Shown here one piece after another: positions 35,242 through 47,220 of a DNA stretch of 64,000 nucleotides; within the stretch, counting starts at the first letter, position 1; each line of letters begins with the position of its first letter. The notes under the pieces were generated by a model. It was not told the DNA's origin. It saw nothing but the letters and a program-made list of their open reading frames with translations, and did not search any database. The stretch comes from an uncultured Gammaproteobacteria bacterium. Its GTDB lineage: Bacteria > Patescibacteriota > Microgenomatia > Daviesbacterales > UBA10151. The position numbers and the translations under genes are program-made. The stretch covers positions 38,166 through 102,165 of the forward strand of contig CAZVEX010000004.1 in assembly GCA_964625535.1 (NCBI GenBank), in the 5' to 3' direction.

Positions 35242-36081
35242 TCAAGTCTTCCATCTGCTGGCAGGAGTTTGAACCCGGCCCAGTTTCTGGCCAATTTTTA
35301 AAACCCAAGATAAAAGAAAATAATACAGCTTACCATGATAATGGATGGCGGCTTTTTGCAAAAGCTCTTGGGATTTATCCACCCCGATAGTTTTGGAGGC
35401 GGCTCCGTGATGATGAATAAATTTGGCAGAGGGGACAAAATAGACGGGGACGCCATACCTTTTTAATCTTCTGGCATATTCAATATCTTCAAAATAGATA
35501 AAAGTCCCTTCATCAAGTAAACCTACCTTATTAATAATCTTTCTGGGAATCAAATAGCAGGCCATGACCAAACCTTCAACTTGGGTAGGGTTTTCCCCTT
35601 GGGGTTGAAACATAAAATATGAGCCAGAACGGCCTAAAAAATATTCCTTGAAAGCACCGGTTATCGTGGGAAGATGAAAGGCGGAATCCTGCTTTGATCC
35701 GTCGGGAAAAACCAATTTTCCGCCCAAAACAGCTTCTTCTTGAAATGATTCTCCCCATTTTAACATTTGCGATAAACTGTTTTTCGCAACTTCAATATCG
35801 GAATTAAGCAGTAAAATATATTGACCTTGGGAAAATTTAATCGTTTTGTTATAGCCCTTGGAAAAACCCTCGTTTTCTTTATTTTGTAAATATTTAACTC
35901 TGGGGAGATAATCTTTAATGATCTTTTGACACTGATCTTTTGAACCATTATCCACCACAATCACTTCCATAGTTTTTTCATCAAACCCGGACTCTTTTTC
36001 GAAAATGCTTTGCAAAAGTTTTTTGGTTAAGCGGGCAGTATTGTAATTAACAATGCCAATGGAAAGTTTAAGAGAATACAT
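35242..36081 (-). CDS. Family 2 glycosyltransferase (paralog 1 of 4)
   Basis: IVNYNT…VVDNGSKD…LLLNSDIEV are the GT2 DxD-region motifs. Confidence 0.75.
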   Translation of the reverse strand: MYSLKLSIGIVNYNTARLTKKLLQSIFEKESGFDEKTMEVIVVDNGSKDQCQKIIKDYLPRVKYLQNKENEGFSKGYNKTIKFSQGQYILLLNSDIEVAKNSLSQMLKWGESFQEEAVLGGKLVFPDGSKQDSAFHLPTITGAFKEYFLGRSGSYFMFQPQGENPTQVEGLVMACYLIPRKIINKVGLLDEGTFIYFEDIEYARRLKRYGVPVYFVPSAKFIHHHGAASKTIGVDKSQELLQKAAIHYHGKLYYFLLSWVLKIGQKLGRVQTPASRWKT

Positions 36082-36955
36082 AATCTAAAACTCCTCTTCT
36101 TTGGGCAGGTCTGCCAAAAATAAATAATTTTACTGCCTCTCTAAGCAGCGCAAATTTAGTTCTGAAGTTTCCATACTTCATCCCAAAAAATAATCTGTTT
36201 CTGGTGTGATAATAATCCGTGATTGCAGAACCTACCCCTGTTGATTGGGAAACTTTATGATAAATTGCCACACTACCATTGTAAAACTTTCTAAACCCCT
36301 CATCAGATGCTCTCTTGACAAAATCGCTATCCTCAAAATATAAGAAATACTTTTCATCAAATAATCCAATTTTCTCAAAGACCTTTTTTTTGATCAAAAT
36401 ACAAGCTCCGGTTATTAAATCTGTTTCTTCCGCATTGTTATATTGACCCTTATCTATCTCATCTATTCCGCGGTGCACTGATCTAATATTATCCCAATCA
36501 AACTTACCTCCTGCATACCAGATTACTTTGCCTTGATCATTTTTTGCATATCTATCTTTATGAAACTCAAACCCTGCAGCAAAATAAATTTTGGGAGAAA
36601 CCAAGCCAATGTTTTTATCCGCCTGGGCTGTTTTGATTAACTCTTCAAGTAAATTGGCATCTTTAATCAAACAATCATTATTCATAATAAGGAAGTAATC
36701 CGCTCCCCAAATTCTCGCGTATTCTATGCCGCGGTTGTACCCTCCGGCAAAACCTAAATTTTGCCCGTTTTGCAAAACCAGAACTTCCGGATAATTTTTA
36801 ACCAGTTCTTCAACCAGTCCATCCGTTGAACCATTATCAACTACGACAGTCTTCAGCTCGCAGTCTTTCGTCTTCAGCTTTTTTAAGGATTCAAGAAATT
36901 CTAATGTATCTTTTTTACCGTTATAATTTACCGTAATTATTGCTAACTTAGTCAT
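36068..36955 (-). CDS. Family 2 glycosyltransferase (paralog 2 of 4)
   Basis: ITVNYNGKKDT…VVVDNGSTDG…IMNNDCLIKD. Confidence 0.75.
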   Translation of the reverse strand: MTKLAIITVNYNGKKDTLEFLESLKKLKTKDCELKTVVVDNGSTDGLVEELVKNYPEVLVLQNGQNLGFAGGYNRGIEYARIWGADYFLIMNNDCLIKDANLLEELIKTAQADKNIGLVSPKIYFAAGFEFHKDRYAKNDQGKVIWYAGGKFDWDNIRSVHRGIDEIDKGQYNNAEETDLITGACILIKKKVFEKIGLFDEKYFLYFEDSDFVKRASDEGFRKFYNGSVAIYHKVSQSTGVGSAITDYYHTRNRLFFGMKYGNFRTKFALLREAVKLFIFGRPAQRRGVLDYVFS

Positions 36956-37833
36956 ATTACTGATAACCCTTCAAGATATGCTCCAGCTCTTTTGGTTTTT
37001 CCCAAAAGGGAGAAAGCAATCACTCTAAAAATTAATCCCAAAACAAGAAATAATCTTACCAAAGGATAAATTCCCAAATAGTATTTTTTAAAATAATATC
37101 TGATACCCGCCAGTTCTTTGACAAAGACTTTTTCCGGCAAAGCCGGACTGCTAGCCCTTAGCAAATGAGTTACTTGTATTGACGGAGTAAAGTAAACCTT
37201 AAAACCCCCGCGACCCACTTTCTTACAAAGATCCACCTCATCCATATACATAAAAATGGATTCGTCAAATCCGCCGACTTTTTCAAAGATATGCCTTTTG
37301 ATCATAAAAAAAGCTCCTGTCACCCAACCAACTTTTTTCTCCCGCTTGAAAAAATCTTTGTTTCTGGGATGAAATGAATTGGCTATGCCAAATATCCAGG
37401 GGATAACATTGAAAGGGTTTGGCAGAAAACCGGCGCTTGGCTGCAAGTTACCATTTTCATAAACTAATTTAACGCCCAAAACGCCGCAGTCAGGATGTTC
37501 CTTAAAATATTCAAGCGACTTAAAAAGAGTGTCTTCTTCCACAAAACAATCCGAATTTAATAAAAGAATCATCAGATTGCTTGTCTTTTTTATGGCCAGA
37601 TTATTACCTTTGCTATAACCCGTATTTATTTTAGATTTAATTAGTTTTACCCATGAGTGTTTCCTCCCAATCATTTCTGCTGATCCGTCTGCCGATGCAT
37701 TATCAAATACAATTACTTCTATCTTGTTCTTGAGCTTAGCCTGACAACTGACAACTGACAACTGCAGTCTCCTCAAACACTCATCAGTAATATTTTTGGT
37801 ATTAAAGCTTAAAATAATTATTGATAGATCCAC
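36952..37833 (-). CDS. Family 2 glycosyltransferase (paralog 3 of 4). Contains the heptanucleotide repeat.
   Basis: IIILSFNTKN…IVFDNASADGS…LLLNSDCFVEED. Start and stop overlap the neighbouring GT2 genes. Confidence 0.75.
   Translation of the reverse strand: MDLSIIILSFNTKNITDECLRRLQLSVVSCQAKLKNKIEVIVFDNASADGSAEMIGRKHSWVKLIKSKINTGYSKGNNLAIKKTSNLMILLLNSDCFVEEDTLFKSLEYFKEHPDCGVLGVKLVYENGNLQPSAGFLPNPFNVIPWIFGIANSFHPRNKDFFKREKKVGWVTGAFFMIKRHIFEKVGGFDESIFMYMDEVDLCKKVGRGGFKVYFTPSIQVTHLLRASSPALPEKVFVKELAGIRYYFKKYYLGIYPLVRLFLVLGLIFRVIAFSLLGKTKRAGAYLEGLSVI
37741..37761. repeat. Heptanucleotide tandem repeat (CTGACAA)x3 inside GT2 paralog 3
   Basis: ctgacaactgacaactgacaactgcag encodes QLSVVSCQ on the minus strand. 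Because the unit length is not a multiple of 3, a change in copy number would shift the frame. Confidence 0.5.
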
Positions 37834-38693
37834 AGCTTTGCCTTTCTGTAATGCTCGAGCATTTTAATTCCGGCCAAAATAATATCCCTCAAAACTGGAG
37901 GATATCTATTATAATAATGTTTCCTGTAAAAAATTCTCATGGCGGAAGCTCCATGAGAGACGGCCACGGCTTTTTCCTTTTTGGCAGACGAACCTTTAAA
38001 GTGAATGATTTTGACCTCGGGATAAAAATAAATTTTCCAGCCTTTTTCTTTTAGTAAGTAACAAAACTCAATGTCTTCCCCGTTCCAAAAATAATCCGTG
38101 TCCCACCAGCCGACTTGTTCCCCGGCAATTTTTCGAACCATCAAAAAAGCTCCTGTCAGAGAGTCTATCTCATGAATTTTATGGATATCCAAATGCGTGG
38201 CAGTATAGCCTGCAAAAAGTTTCCATTTGGGAAATAATTTTGCCAGGCCCGAAAAATAAGCAAAAGCGTTCCAGGGAGTGGGAAAACCCCGATGGCAAGA
38301 ATAATCCAATCTGCCGTCCGGCAGTTCGACCCGACAGGTGATGGCTCCTATGTCGGGATTACTCATCAAAAACCCATAAGTTTTTTGAATGGCTTTATCT
38401 ATAATAACAGTATCGGGATTTAAGAATAAAATAACTGGAGCCTTGGCCAGCTTCACGCCTTCATTATTGCCCGCAGCAAATCCTAGATTTGATTTATTTT
38501 TAATTATTTCAACCTTGGGAAATTTTTCTTTAACTGCCTCAACCGAATTATCCGAAGATGCATTATCTACTACAATAATTTGCCAATTGTCTTTCTGTGT
38601 TTTGTTTTCAAAGATAGATTCCAAACAATTCAGCAATAAATCCTCAACATTATAGTTAAGGATAATGATTGATAAATCAGGGCTTTGGGCCAT
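37818..38693 (-). CDS. Family 2 glycosyltransferase (paralog 4 of 4)
   Basis: IIILNYNVEDL…IVVDNASSDNS…ILFLNPDTVI. Confidence 0.75.
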   Translation of the reverse strand: MAQSPDLSIIILNYNVEDLLLNCLESIFENKTQKDNWQIIVVDNASSDNSVEAVKEKFPKVEIIKNKSNLGFAAGNNEGVKLAKAPVILFLNPDTVIIDKAIQKTYGFLMSNPDIGAITCRVELPDGRLDYSCHRGFPTPWNAFAYFSGLAKLFPKWKLFAGYTATHLDIHKIHEIDSLTGAFLMVRKIAGEQVGWWDTDYFWNGEDIEFCYLLKEKGWKIYFYPEVKIIHFKGSSAKKEKAVAVSHGASAMRIFYRKHYYNRYPPVLRDIILAGIKMLEHYRKAKLWIYQ

Positions 38694-38730
38694 GTAGATA
38701 ATTGTATAACAGAGGGTTTATGATTACCAA

Positions 38731-39135
38731 TTAGCGGACTCGGTGGCGGCGTTTAATCCGCAGTTGGGCCAGGGATTTTTCTAAAATAGCTAAGGTTTCT
38801 GCATATTCTTCATCAGACAGCTTTTGTTCCAAAGCCTGCTCGGCCCGTTTTTTAGCTTCCTCAACAGCCCGCTCGTCTATATCTTCGGCATAAGTTGCCA
38901 GATCAGTCATAATCGTTAGCGTATTATCACTCATCTGTAAAAACCCGTCTCCTATGGCTAAATTCTCCACTTTTCCACCCTTTTTAATAATTAATTCTCC
39001 GGGTTCCAGTTTGGCCATTAAATTGGCATGGTTGGGGAGTATGCCTATTTCTCCCTGTTCTGTGGGGGCATTAACCTGGGAAACCTCTTCATCCACCAGC
39101 AATTTTTCCGGGGTAACAATTTTCAAATGCAACAT
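38731..39135 (-). CDS. atpC: F1 ATP synthase epsilon subunit
   Basis: MLHLKIVTPEKLLVDEEVSQVNAPTEQGEIGILPNHANLMAKLEPGEL is canonical epsilon. The ORF could extend 5 codons upstream to 39150. Confidence 0.85.
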   Translation of the reverse strand: MLHLKIVTPEKLLVDEEVSQVNAPTEQGEIGILPNHANLMAKLEPGELIIKKGGKVENLAIGDGFLQMSDNTLTIMTDLATYAEDIDERAVEEAKKRAEQALEQKLSDEEYAETLAILEKSLAQLRIKRRHRVR

Positions 39136-39151
39136 GATATTATTATACACG

Positions 39152-39511
39152 ATGAATCACAGCGCAGAAGCAATCATCATAACTTGCATTGATTTTAGGC
39201 TGCAGGAAGCCATAAATCAATGGATTTCTAAAAATTTTGTCCCTAAAACTTTTGACAGGGTGGCTTTGGCCGGGGGAGTAAAAAATCTTGACATCATCCT
39301 CAATCAAATTGATATTGCCTATAAATTACATCATATCAAAAAAGTGGTTTTAATAAACCATGAAGACTGCGGGGCTTATGAGGAGGCGGGTACGCCGGAA
39401 AAACATGCGGAAGATCTGAAAACAGCCAAACAAAAAATCCTGTCACAATTTCCGGATTTGGCAGTGGATACTTATTATCTTAAACTGGATGGTACTTTTC
39501 AGCCTGTCTAA
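39152..39511 (+). CDS. Small beta-carbonic-anhydrase-like protein (CxDxR / HxxC motifs)
   Basis: IITCIDFRLQE and VLINHEDCGAY resemble the beta-CA zinc-ligand motifs (C-x-D-x-R, H-x-x-C). At about 120 aa it is much shorter than typical beta-CAs. The start is ambiguous (39134 or 39152). Confidence 0.4.
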   Translation: MNHSAEAIIITCIDFRLQEAINQWISKNFVPKTFDRVALAGGVKNLDIILNQIDIAYKLHHIKKVVLINHEDCGAYEEAGTPEKHAEDLKTAKQKILSQFPDLAVDTYYLKLDGTFQPV

Positions 39512-39557
39512 TACCCTATAGCTTGCAAGAAATAACTAAAGCTGGTAAAATGACTCT

Positions 39558-40028
39558 ATGCTACCTGAACTTTTGAGACCTGATAATCCTGAATTAAGAA
39601 GATCATCATCAACAGTGCCGCGGTTTCAGATTTCTGCGGTCCAAGATGTAATTAGGTTATTAGTAACAATGCTGGAAATTAATCCAGAAGCAGTCGGAAT
39701 TGCTGCCCCGCAGTTTGGATGTAACCTTAGAATATTTGTGGCAAGGCTCTCCGGGGAACCGACTGTTTTTATCAATCCCAAGAGTGATTTTTTTTCAATG
39801 AAAAGAGTACCAGTTACTGAAGAATGCCTAAGTTTACCAGGAAAAAAACGAAGAGTCTTAAGATGCGAAAGCGTAGGGCTAAGCGCCTATAACCAAGAGG
39901 GAGATCCCTTTTCTGTATTGGCATCTGGCGCGCAACAAGCAGCAGTTCTGCAACATGAAATGGATCACTTAAATGGGGTGCTGATCATTGATAGACCTGC
40001 AGTCCGTAGAAGACTACGTTGGCTCTAG
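39558..40028 (+). CDS. def: Peptide deformylase
   Basis: GIAAPQFG, EECLSLPG and QHEMDHLNG are the three PDF motifs. Confidence 0.85.
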   Translation: MLPELLRPDNPELRRSSSTVPRFQISAVQDVIRLLVTMLEINPEAVGIAAPQFGCNLRIFVARLSGEPTVFINPKSDFFSMKRVPVTEECLSLPGKKRRVLRCESVGLSAYNQEGDPFSVLASGAQQAAVLQHEMDHLNGVLIIDRPAVRRRLRWL

Positions 40029-40062
40029 TAAGATAATATCAATAAAGGTTGCGCACAAATTC

Positions 40063-41421
<1,359 letters not shown>

Positions 41422-42318
41422 TTATTCCATAGCCACTTGGGCTGTGGTAATTTCCAAAAGTTCTCTGGTAATCATATCCTGTCTGGTCTGATTATAAGTT
41501 AATGTTAAATCATCCACCAGATCTTTAGCATTATCAGTGGCATTTTTCATGGCCACCATTCTGGCCGAGTGTTCCGAGGCCTTGGTTTCAAGCAAAGCCT
41601 GATAAATCTGCTCCTCAATCTGATGGATTAAAATAAAATCCAATAAGGAATCTACATTTGGCTCAAAGAGAAATTCCTTATTGTCATTCTGAGGCGAAGC
41701 CGAAGAATCTCTCAACTTGTTTGAGGTACCTGCATTCGCAGGAGATCCTTCACTGGCGTTCAGGATGACAGGGTCAATTGGTAAAATCTTAATTTTTTTT
41801 GCTTCCTGTTTTAGGGTAGACACAAATTGGGGATAGACCAGATAAACTTCCCCAATTTCTCCTGCCAGATAAGCTTCTATGATCATTTTAGCCAGCTGTT
41901 TGCTTTGGCGGAAAGTAATTGTATCCGCATTTTCAAAATCCGCTTTTAAATCTTTACCTGTTCTTACCACAAAACTTCTACCCTTTCTGCCAATTGTATA
42001 AAATGAGCCGGTCAGAGATATCACCGAACGCATCAGATTGGTGTTCAACGCCCCCACCAAACCCTTGTCAGTGGAAAGTAAAATCACTCCCGTTTTATTT
42101 GATGAATTCCCCAAAAGCAGGGGATGAGCTTCAATATTTATCCTCGGTAAAAGTCTTGCCAGGGCTTGGGCTAAATTCTCGCTATATGGCCTGCCTGATA
42201 CGGCCTGATTTTGGGCCCGCCTCATTTTGGTAGCAGCCACCATCTCCATAGCCCGGGTGATTTGACTGGTATTTTTGATTGATTTTATTCTTCTTCTAAG
42301 TTCTCTAGTGTTTGCCAT
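41422..42318 (-). CDS. atpG: F1 ATP synthase gamma subunit
   Basis: [36 protein letters not shown] is the canonical gamma N-terminus. Confidence 0.9.
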   Translation of the reverse strand: MANTRELRRRIKSIKNTSQITRAMEMVAATKMRRAQNQAVSGRPYSENLAQALARLLPRINIEAHPLLLGNSSNKTGVILLSTDKGLVGALNTNLMRSVISLTGSFYTIGRKGRSFVVRTGKDLKADFENADTITFRQSKQLAKMIIEAYLAGEIGEVYLVYPQFVSTLKQEAKKIKILPIDPVILNASEGSPANAGTSNKLRDSSASPQNDNKEFLFEPNVDSLLDFILIHQIEEQIYQALLETKASEHSARMVAMKNATDNAKDLVDDLTLTYNQTRQDMITRELLEITTAQVAME

Positions 42319-43750
42319 AAGTCCTCACAAATTCTTTAGTCACTTTTTCCAATTCTTTATTTTTTCCTTTTAATTTAAGGTAAGCAAGATATTTTTGTTC
42401 AAAATCTTTAATTTTTTCCACTTCCACCTCATCCATAAATCCATTGGTAACAGCCCAAAGCACTGCCACTTGTTCTTCAACCGGAACAGGGGAGTAGGGA
42501 GGTTGTTTTAGCACCTCGGTGATGCGGCGACCCCTTTCAATCTGCATTTTTGTTTGGGGATCCAAATCAGCAGAAAACTGGGCAAAAGCCGCAAGTTCCC
42601 TAAACTGGGCCAGATCCAGTTTAAGTCTGCCAGCCACGCCTTTCATGGTCTTGGTTTGAGCTGCGCCACCAACACGGGAGACGGAAATTCCCACATTCAA
42701 AGCAGGTCTAACCCCCTGAAAAAATAAATCAGGTTCCAGATAAATTTGCCCGTCAGTAATGGAGATGACATTGGTGGGAATATAGGCTGACACATCATTG
42801 GCCTGAGTTTCGATAATGGGCAGAGCAGTCAGCGAACCGCCACCATGTTTCTCGTTTAAGCGGGCAGCCCGCTCAAGAAGCCGGGAATGCAAATAAAACA
42901 CATCCCCAGGATAAGCTTCTCTGCCGGAAGGCCTTCTCAAAAGCAAAGATATTTGTCTGTAGGCAGCAGCATGTTTGGACAAATCATCATAAATCACTAA
43001 GGCATCTTTTCCCTGATCCATAAAATATTCACCCATGGCCGCTCCGGCATAGGGAGCAATATATTGCATGGTGGCAGGGTCGGAGGCGGAGGCCGCCACC
43101 ACAATGGTGTGATCCATGGCTCTTAAGCTTTCCAGTTTGGCTACCAATTGGGCAATTTTAGAGGTTTTTTGGCCGATGGCTACATAAATACACAGCACAT
43201 CCTTCTGGTTTATGATGGTATCTACTGCAATGGTGGTTTTGCCGGTATTGCGATCGCCAATAATTAACTCTCTTTGACCCCGGCCAATGGGAATTAGAGC
43301 GTCAATGGCTTTGATTCCAGTTTGAAGTGGGGTATTAACAGATTGTCTGGTTACCACTCCCGGAGCAATTTTTTCAACAGGATAATGAGTTTTGGCCGCA
43401 ATTTTTCCCTTCCCGTCAATCGGCTCGCCTAACCCGTCAACCACCCTGCCTACTAAACCTTCTCCCACCGGTACTTGCAAAATTCTCCCTGTAGTTTTAA
43501 CTTCTTGACCCTCTTTAACTGATACGAAATCTCCGAAAATCACAGCACCCACACTGTATTGTTCAAGATTTAAGGCCAGTCCATAAATACCCACACCAAA
43601 ATCCAAAATTTCGCAGTAGCCGGCATCGGATAACCCTTCAATCCTGGCCACACCGTCTCCCACTTCCACTACTTTCCCCACATTTTGCCTTTGGGCTTTG
43701 AATTTTAATCCTTTTATTTGATTTTCTATTTGTTGTATTAAATCTGCCAT
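42305..43750 (-). CDS. atpA: F1 ATP synthase alpha subunit
   Basis: [10 protein letters not shown]-loop, 481 aa, alpha-subunit C-terminal domain. Confidence 0.95.
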   Translation of the reverse strand: MADLIQQIENQIKGLKFKAQRQNVGKVVEVGDGVARIEGLSDAGYCEILDFGVGIYGLALNLEQYSVGAVIFGDFVSVKEGQEVKTTGRILQVPVGEGLVGRVVDGLGEPIDGKGKIAAKTHYPVEKIAPGVVTRQSVNTPLQTGIKAIDALIPIGRGQRELIIGDRNTGKTTIAVDTIINQKDVLCIYVAIGQKTSKIAQLVAKLESLRAMDHTIVVAASASDPATMQYIAPYAGAAMGEYFMDQGKDALVIYDDLSKHAAAYRQISLLLRRPSGREAYPGDVFYLHSRLLERAARLNEKHGGGSLTALPIIETQANDVSAYIPTNVISITDGQIYLEPDLFFQGVRPALNVGISVSRVGGAAQTKTMKGVAGRLKLDLAQFRELAAFAQFSADLDPQTKMQIERGRRITEVLKQPPYSPVPVEEQVAVLWAVTNGFMDEVEVEKIKDFEQKYLAYLKLKGKNKELEKVTKEFVRTYGKH

Positions 43751-44148
43751 TAACTTCCTGCTATTGCCTCCTTAACCTGATAAATTCTGGATCGAATGGA
43801 ATCGTCATAAATGTGATCACCAACCCTGATTTTTAAACCACCTAAAATTTGCGGATTCAGCTTAAATTCAGCGCTTGTAATGTTGAATCTCAAACTGAAC
43901 TTTTTCCTGATGATATCTTTTTGTTTTTTAGAAAGGGGGATGACAGATTCAACCAGCATGTGAGTAAGATTTATCTCCGCTTTGATTCTCTTAAAAAATT
44001 CTGATAAGAGTTCTATAGCTTCTGCCCTGGGCTGAACACTAAAGAGTTTAACAAAGCCTAAAGCCCGTTTCTCTGTTAATTTTCCTTCTTTAAAACAGGC
44101 CCCAATGGCTTTTTCAATAATTTTTCTTATTTGTTTTCTCTTTTTCAC
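43750..44148 (-). CDS. atpH: F1 ATP synthase delta (OSCP) subunit, short
   Basis: The C-terminus [27 protein letters not shown] matches delta. 132 aa. ATGA overlap with atpA. Confidence 0.7.
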   Translation of the reverse strand: MKKRKQIRKIIEKAIGACFKEGKLTEKRALGFVKLFSVQPRAEAIELLSEFFKRIKAEINLTHMLVESVIPLSKKQKDIIRKKFSLRFNITSAEFKLNPQILGGLKIRVGDHIYDDSIRSRIYQVKEAIAGS

Positions 44149-44635
44149 TAGCTTTCTTTCATAACCTCATCAATAATTTTTCTTTGTTCTGCAGATATTT
44201 TCGTCCCCCAGACTTTCTCTAAGCCCAGCTGCACAATGTTTGACAGGTGATCTTTAACCTGGTTCATCATCTGAGCCTTTTCAAATTCTATAAACTTCTT
44301 GGTATCTTCGGTTGTCTTCATTAGTATGCGTTCAGCTTGTTTATTTGTATCCTCCAGTATTTGTGCAGCTACCTTATTTGTGTCGTCTAAAATTTTTTTA
44401 CTTTCTTCTAAAGTATCAGCAATAATGTTTTCAGACTGCTCCTGGGTTTTGCGCAGCTTTAACTCAATCTCCTCTGCATTTCTCAAACTTTCAGCGATCT
44501 TTTTTCTGCGCTCCTCCAAAACTTTCAAGATTGGTTTATATAAAAACTTCTTTAAGATAAAAAGCAGGATGAAAAAATTGACTACCTGCGCAGCCAAAAG
44601 TATTGGATTTATCCCGAACTGGTTTAGAATTTCCA

Positions 44636-44636
<1 letters not shown>
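44148..44636 (-). CDS. atpF: Fo ATP synthase b subunit
   Basis: N-terminal TM followed by a long charged helix (KPILKVLEERRKKIAESLRNAEE). Confidence 0.8.
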
Positions 44637-44854
<218 letters not shown>

Positions 44855-44858
44855 TTAT

Positions 44859-45575
44859 TTAATGTTCGGCATGTTTTTCCGATAACAAAACCATAAACAC
44901 CAGAGTTAGCATGGCAAAAACAGCTGCCTGTACAAATCCTACAATAATTTCCAAAAAATAAAAAGGCAGTGGCACAACAAAGGCAAAAATGCCAGCCACT
45001 GTTGAGAGCACTACCTCTCCGGCAAATATATTACCAAAAAGACGGAAAGAAAGCGAGACTATTTTGGTCACTTCCGAAATAATTTCCAGGATCCCTACAA
45101 ATAAAAAAATGGGGTTTAGAGCCACCCATTTCAAAAGATAGTTTTTGATCCCTAAATATTTAACGGCAAAGCCGTGGGTTAAAAAAGCAGACAGCAGTGC
45201 CAGTCCCAATGTCATGTTTAAATCGGAGTTGACAGAACGAAAAAGAGGTTCGCCTTTGTAAGTGATGGTGCCAAAACCAGGCAAAAGCCCCAGCCAGTTG
45301 GAAGTTAAAATAAAAAGGAAAAAGGTCATAATAAAAGGAAAGAAAACTTTTACCCTTTTGGCTGTTAAACCCTCGACCGTGGAATAACCCCAATCTATTA
45401 CCGCTTCTAAAAAATTCTGCAAGAGAGAAGGTATGGCTTTTATTCTCCAGGTTGCAGCGATGCTTGCTACAGTCAAAATAACCATGGCCACCCAGGAAAC
45501 CAAAAGAGTATTGGTGATGGGAAAATTTCTATAAAATCCCAATATTTCCGGCTTTAAAACAATTCCATGTTCCAT
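44859..45575 (-). CDS. atpB: Fo ATP synthase a subunit
   Basis: SLSFRLFGNIFAGE contains the essential Arg. Five or six TM helices. Confidence 0.85.
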   Translation of the reverse strand: MEHGIVLKPEILGFYRNFPITNTLLVSWVAMVILTVASIAATWRIKAIPSLLQNFLEAVIDWGYSTVEGLTAKRVKVFFPFIMTFFLFILTSNWLGLLPGFGTITYKGEPLFRSVNSDLNMTLGLALLSAFLTHGFAVKYLGIKNYLLKWVALNPIFLFVGILEIISEVTKIVSLSFRLFGNIFAGEVVLSTVAGIFAFVVPLPFYFLEIIVGFVQAAVFAMLTLVFMVLLSEKHAEH

Positions 45576-45615
45576 CTAAAACATTGTACTCAAAAAGCTG
45601 GCGAAGCGTCAATGT

Positions 45616-47184
45616 CTATTCCAGTTTTTCTCTTTGAGTTCGCAAAAAGAGGAACCATTGTTCAAAAAAGGCAAAAATGCCTTTAAATGGGGTTTCAATA
45701 ATAAAATCAAAAATAAACAGCACAATATTTATCTGGGAAATGGCCGTAGTCAACCTTCTTCCCACCTGAATAAAAGGCATAAAGAAAAAATCAGCCAGAA
45801 GCGACCCCAGACTGTCCCTGTCGTCTCTTAAAACATACATGTTGGCAGTTCTGTTAATCCTGTAAGAAATAAAAGAAACAATGGCCAGGAAAAAGACAAA
45901 TATCCCTTGAGAGGCAGGATTTACCCCCAATTTATTCAAAACAAAAATGATTACCCCAAAACTCAAAACAAAAGTGAGGAGCCAAAGCATGAGAAAGACA
46001 AACCCCAAAATTGGCTCTGATTTCTTGGGCTTTTTCCTCGCTGCCAGCGGAGGATTTAAATTGGGATTTTCCTCAAAGAGGATAGAGTTGATCTTAGTCA
46101 TAATCCTGAAAGAATTATCTTTGGACGGGGCCTTAATAAAAAGACCAACTAAAACCATCAGTAAAGGAGGGGTCAGGGTATTTAAGACAATTGAGCTCCA
46201 GATGACCCGATTATAAATAAATCTTTCATAAGTTCCTTCTATGAAAAGAGCAAAAATAGCCTTGGTAAAAAAGATAAAAACAACGCTTCTGACAATGGCC
46301 CGCTTTACCTTGGCCCTGATGGTTTTATAGCGGGCGCTGCAGGCTTCCAGAATGGCCAGATTTAAGCTTTCGGAATCCGAAACAAGCGCATGAGCGCCGC
46401 TTGGGCTTTTTCTTAAAACATCGTCCAGAATTAAAAAAGGCACTGTCTGATTTTTGACATAGACATAGATTTTATCCTTCAGGGGATAGTTTAGCTGCTT
46501 TGACAATTCTTTTTGCGCTTCGGGGAAGCCCTCGGCAATTTTATTGAAGTTATGGCTTATTTTGCCAAAATAATGCTTAAAAAGATGGTAGCGGAGAAGT
46601 GCCAAATCGTCATTGGCAAAAGCGCGTCTTGCGGCAATGAAAACCTGAATGTCTCTTGTTTCATCAGTGTCATCGCTGATGACAACTCTCTCCCGGAAAA
46701 GGTGATAGATAAAATTGCACATGGTTTCTTTTTGGGGAGAAGGCTTTAAGATATCTTCGATTTCCGCTGACAAAAGCTGCATGATCCATTCATTAACCAT
46801 TATCCTGTTCACTCTGTGCTGGTGGTTTATTTCGTCTTCCATTTTAAGAAACAGGTCAATGGTCTGGCTCACCCGGGCCACCTGGGATTCGGGAACGGAT
46901 GAGTCGGGAAAATAACGGGCCCAAATCAGTTCCCTGATTAAAGGAGGAGCAATAGTTGCTCCGTTTCCGCCAAGTAAAAGCCTTCTTTTTAAAATCCTCT
47001 CGATGGTGGAGCGAAGTATCACCTCGTCGTCGCGGTAATCCATGGCGGTTCTAAATTTCTCATACCAGCTGGCCAACTCCGCCACCAGGGGATTGACAGA
47101 TATGGTTTTATCGTCGGAGGGAGCCAGGCTTCGGTCATAAGATGAAACCAGAATTTGGGATAATTTTGTTAACTCTCTACCCAT
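45616..47184 (-). CDS. Hypothetical two-domain membrane protein immediately upstream of the atp operon
   Basis: An N-terminal soluble domain of about 270 aa and a C-terminal region of about 250 aa with 5-6 TM helices. No motif recognised. It occupies the position normally held by atpI. Confidence 0.5.
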   Translation of the reverse strand: MGRELTKLSQILVSSYDRSLAPSDDKTISVNPLVAELASWYEKFRTAMDYRDDEVILRSTIERILKRRLLLGGNGATIAPPLIRELIWARYFPDSSVPESQVARVSQTIDLFLKMEDEINHQHRVNRIMVNEWIMQLLSAEIEDILKPSPQKETMCNFIYHLFRERVVISDDTDETRDIQVFIAARRAFANDDLALLRYHLFKHYFGKISHNFNKIAEGFPEAQKELSKQLNYPLKDKIYVYVKNQTVPFLILDDVLRKSPSGAHALVSDSESLNLAILEACSARYKTIRAKVKRAIVRSVVFIFFTKAIFALFIEGTYERFIYNRVIWSSIVLNTLTPPLLMVLVGLFIKAPSKDNSFRIMTKINSILFEENPNLNPPLAARKKPKKSEPILGFVFLMLWLLTFVLSFGVIIFVLNKLGVNPASQGIFVFFLAIVSFISYRINRTANMYVLRDDRDSLGSLLADFFFMPFIQVGRRLTTAISQINIVLFIFDFIIETPFKGIFAFFEQWFLFLRTQREKLE

Positions 47185-47220
47185 AATTATGTGGTAATAT
47201 TACCACAAGGGAAAAAATAA

